This document shows positions 61,740 through 64,000 of a DNA stretch of 64,000 nt, one piece after another. The first letter of the stretch is position 1, and every line of letters begins with the position of its first letter. Position numbers and translations under genes: made by a program. The stretch is from Candidatus Helarchaeota archaeon (GTDB lineage Archaea > Asgardarchaeota > Lokiarchaeia > Helarchaeales > RDOG01). The stretch spans positions 26,705 to 90,704 of the forward strand of contig JALGVI010000011.1 of assembly GCA_029838215.1 (NCBI GenBank), read 5' to 3'. The notes under the pieces were generated by a model, which was given only the letters and a program-made list of their open reading frames with translations, made no database searches and had not been told where the DNA came from.

Positions 61740-63002
61740 ATGGTTCAGGAAAATCAGAATCCATTAGATCAGGTATTCAATAAATTTCTTCAAGCCGATA
61801 ACAAGTTATTTAAAAACAGAGATGCCCTACGACATACATTTGTTCCAAACGAGTTGTTACATAGGAAGCGACAACAGGAACAGATTGGAAATGTATTAGG
61901 TCCAGCACTACAAGGTTCAACACCTTCAAATATCTTTTGTTATGGTAGAACGGGAACTGGAAAAACCATCGTTGTGAAATATATTCTAAATTACCTGAAA
62001 GATTTATGTGCAAAGGCATCGAAGCCCGTGCCATTAACAAATTATATAAACTGCCGGATTGTAGACACAAACTACAGGGTTTTAGCGAGCCTATGCAAGA
62101 CCGTGGGAGAGGACGTGCCATTTACGGGCTTACCGACAGATGAAGTTTATCAACGCTTTAAAACAGCATTAGATTCTCAGGATCAGCTTCTGATCATAAT
62201 TTTGGATGAAGTCGATGAGTTGGTCAAGAAGAAAGATTATAACAAGGTAAATGATATCTTGTATGACTTAACACGAATGAATACTGAATTGGAAAACGCT
62301 CGCGTGAGCCTTATCGGGATTTCCAATGATTTGACATTTAAGGAATATTTAGAGCCCCGAGTTTTGAGCGGTCTCAGTCAAGAAGAATGCCTTTTTGAAT
62401 CATATTCTGCCAGTCAATTAAGGGATATCTTGAATCAACGTGCCGAGATCGGATACCATGAAGGTGCTTTGGCTGAAGGCGTGATTCCGCGAGTCGCAGC
62501 ATTGGCCGCACGAGAACACGGCGATGCACGACGAGCATTAGATCTATTATTAAAAGCAGGAGAAATTGCAGAACGCAAAGGATTGGATAAGGTAACCGAA
62601 GATCACGTGGACATTGCTGAGAAGTTAATTGAAAGTAGCTTGGTTAAAAACGCGGTAAAAAAACTCCCGATGCAAAGCAAGCTGATATTATATAGCATCT
62701 ACAAAATTGAAGCTTCCAAGAAAATTGCGGAAATCAACACGGGAGAGGTTTTTAGCGTCTATGAGGATTTTTGTAACATTGTGAAAATCAGACCTCTTAC
62801 CCAACGTCGGGTCAGTGACCTCATTACCGACCTCGACATGCAAGGTATTATCAAGGCAAGCATCATAAATAGAGGAAGATATGGACGAACGAAAAAAATT
62901 CAGATAAGCATTCCAAAACAAATCATCGTGGATATCGTTGAAACTGAACATCCTTTCACGCGACTAATGGATGCAAAAATCAAGAAAGAAAAACACGGTT
63001 AA
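61740..63002 (+). CDS. cdc6: Orc1/Cdc6 replication initiator
   Basis: YGRTGTGKT, LDEVD, GISND, GDARRALDLL, and C-terminal wHTH (GRYGRT). ATG at 61740. Confidence 0.97.
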   Translation: MVQENQNPLDQVFNKFLQADNKLFKNRDALRHTFVPNELLHRKRQQEQIGNVLGPALQGSTPSNIFCYGRTGTGKTIVVKYILNYLKDLCAKASKPVPLTNYINCRIVDTNYRVLASLCKTVGEDVPFTGLPTDEVYQRFKTALDSQDQLLIIILDEVDELVKKKDYNKVNDILYDLTRMNTELENARVSLIGISNDLTFKEYLEPRVLSGLSQEECLFESYSASQLRDILNQRAEIGYHEGALAEGVIPRVAALAAREHGDARRALDLLLKAGEIAERKGLDKVTEDHVDIAEKLIESSLVKNAVKKLPMQSKLILYSIYKIEASKKIAEINTGEVFSVYEDFCNIVKIRPLTQRRVSDLITDLDMQGIIKASIINRGRYGRTKKIQISIPKQIIVDIVETEHPFTRLMDAKIKKEKHG

Positions 63003-63435
63003 ACAATATTTTTTATTGTTTTTTCGATTCTTATAACCTTATATTCTCTTTTTTTAACAGAACCTTGTTTTTCTAAATAACCGTCTTCACACAACCTCGC
63101 AAGATATGTCGAGATCGTGCTGGATTTTAACTCTTCATCGTACTCGTGGAGATAAAGTTCTCGCACGTGTTCGGAAGTGAACCAACCAATTTTTTCGAGT
63201 TTTTCAAGTAATTGAACGAGTTTTCCCATCTTGCTATTTGATTTTCTTTTGAGTGAACTTGGGACGATTCATTCTTTTCCGGTTGGCTTTCGCTAGGTGT
63301 CTGAATTCCCTGAAGGCTTTGCACGATTTCGGCTATTTTTATGCCCGCTACATCCTTTGCAAAGCTTAACTTCATTTTTTTTCCATTGACTTCAAATTCC
63401 AAATCAATTTTTCCCACAAGGGACACCCGGTTCAA
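62999..63435 (-). pseudogene. Winged-helix protein apparently split by a frameshift (ORFs 63127..63435 and 62999..63229)
   Basis: The C-terminal part is a clear wHTH (WFTSEHVRELY...SSTISTYLARL). A -1 shift within 63230-63268 joins the two ORFs into about 145 aa. Confidence 0.5.
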
Positions 63436-63619
63436 TTTTTACTGTCCTTTCTATCTTTGTTTAACTATTAATAAGTTTGTATGAGCTAGCGATAGATGTC
63501 GATGTTGCCGAGATGTATAGAAATCTCGCTAACTTGCACATCAAAAGAATTATATTCTGCGTTATGTTTGTTCGGAACAAGACAGATTGGAGCTAGACGT
63601 AATAATGTGTGCATTGAAC

Positions 63620-64000
63620 ATGGCATCGCTTCGTGTGGAGCAAGCCGAAGATTTAGATGTAGGTAAATGTCGAGTGAGAATTGATCCGGATATAATGGAT
63701 CAAATGGACATACAAAGCGGTTCGATCATAGAGATAATGGGCAAAAATTCTACGGGAGTCATTGCCTTGCGAGGGAGCACTATTGATAAAGGAAAAGGAT
63801 TGGCTCGCATGGATGGCGTGATTAGATCAAACATCGGCGTGGCTTTAGGTGATGTTGTCAAGTTAAAAAAAGCACATGCCAGACCTGCACTCGAAATTTT
63901 AATTGCACCAATAAGAGGCATATTAAAGGCAGATGCCTTGGAGCCTGTTGCGGCCGCAATTAAAAAAACTCTTGAAGGCAGACCCGTTAAAACATATGAT
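63620..64000 (+). CDS. CDC48/VCP AAA ATPase N-domain, 3'-truncated; not in the ORF track
   Basis: MASLRVEQAEDLDVGKCRVRID...ARMDGVIRSNIGVALGDVV; open to the window end. Confidence 0.88.
   Translation, partial: MASLRVEQAEDLDVGKCRVRIDPDIMDQMDIQSGSIIEIMGKNSTGVIALRGSTIDKGKGLARMDGVIRSNIGVALGDVVKLKKAHARPALEILIAPIRGILKADALEPVAAAIKKTLEGRPVKTYD

Overview
Archaeal chromosomal window, very probably from an Asgard archaeon (Loki/Hel-like). Support for this: Asgard-type longin domains, an MglA-like GTPase, archaeal/eukaryote-type selenocysteine machinery and expanded rRNA segments. It is mostly housekeeping and metabolic genes: iorAB, ppsA, rpl10e, trmJ, tmcA, asd, psmB, nog1, a LysW-type argH-lysW-X-Z-K cluster, orc1/cdc6 with ORB-like boxes, and a partial cdc48. 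Points of most interest: (1) a selB-spcS-tRNA(Sec) cluster whose 9/4 tRNA-Sec carries a 23-nt intron with a canonical bulge-helix-bulge (BHB); (2) a stand-alone 23S rRNA gene with its own promoter and BHB processing stem, two intervening sequences (96 nt in H89 with a clean BHB; 251 nt at about position 1927 with an eroded ORF), enlarged ES9/ES39, and an apparent ~38-nt loss of the H64-H66 core; (3) a MacB-like ABC operon ending in a 2239-aa membrane protein with two sets of FG-GAP-like Ca-binding repeats outside and a winged helix plus Zn ribbon inside; (4) two related intergenic hairpin elements; (5) a catalytically degenerate HMG-CoA-synthase-DUF35 fusion paired with a thiolase. All calls come from reading motifs by eye. 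No searches or folding programs were run, and E. coli-equivalent rRNA numbers are from recalled alignments.
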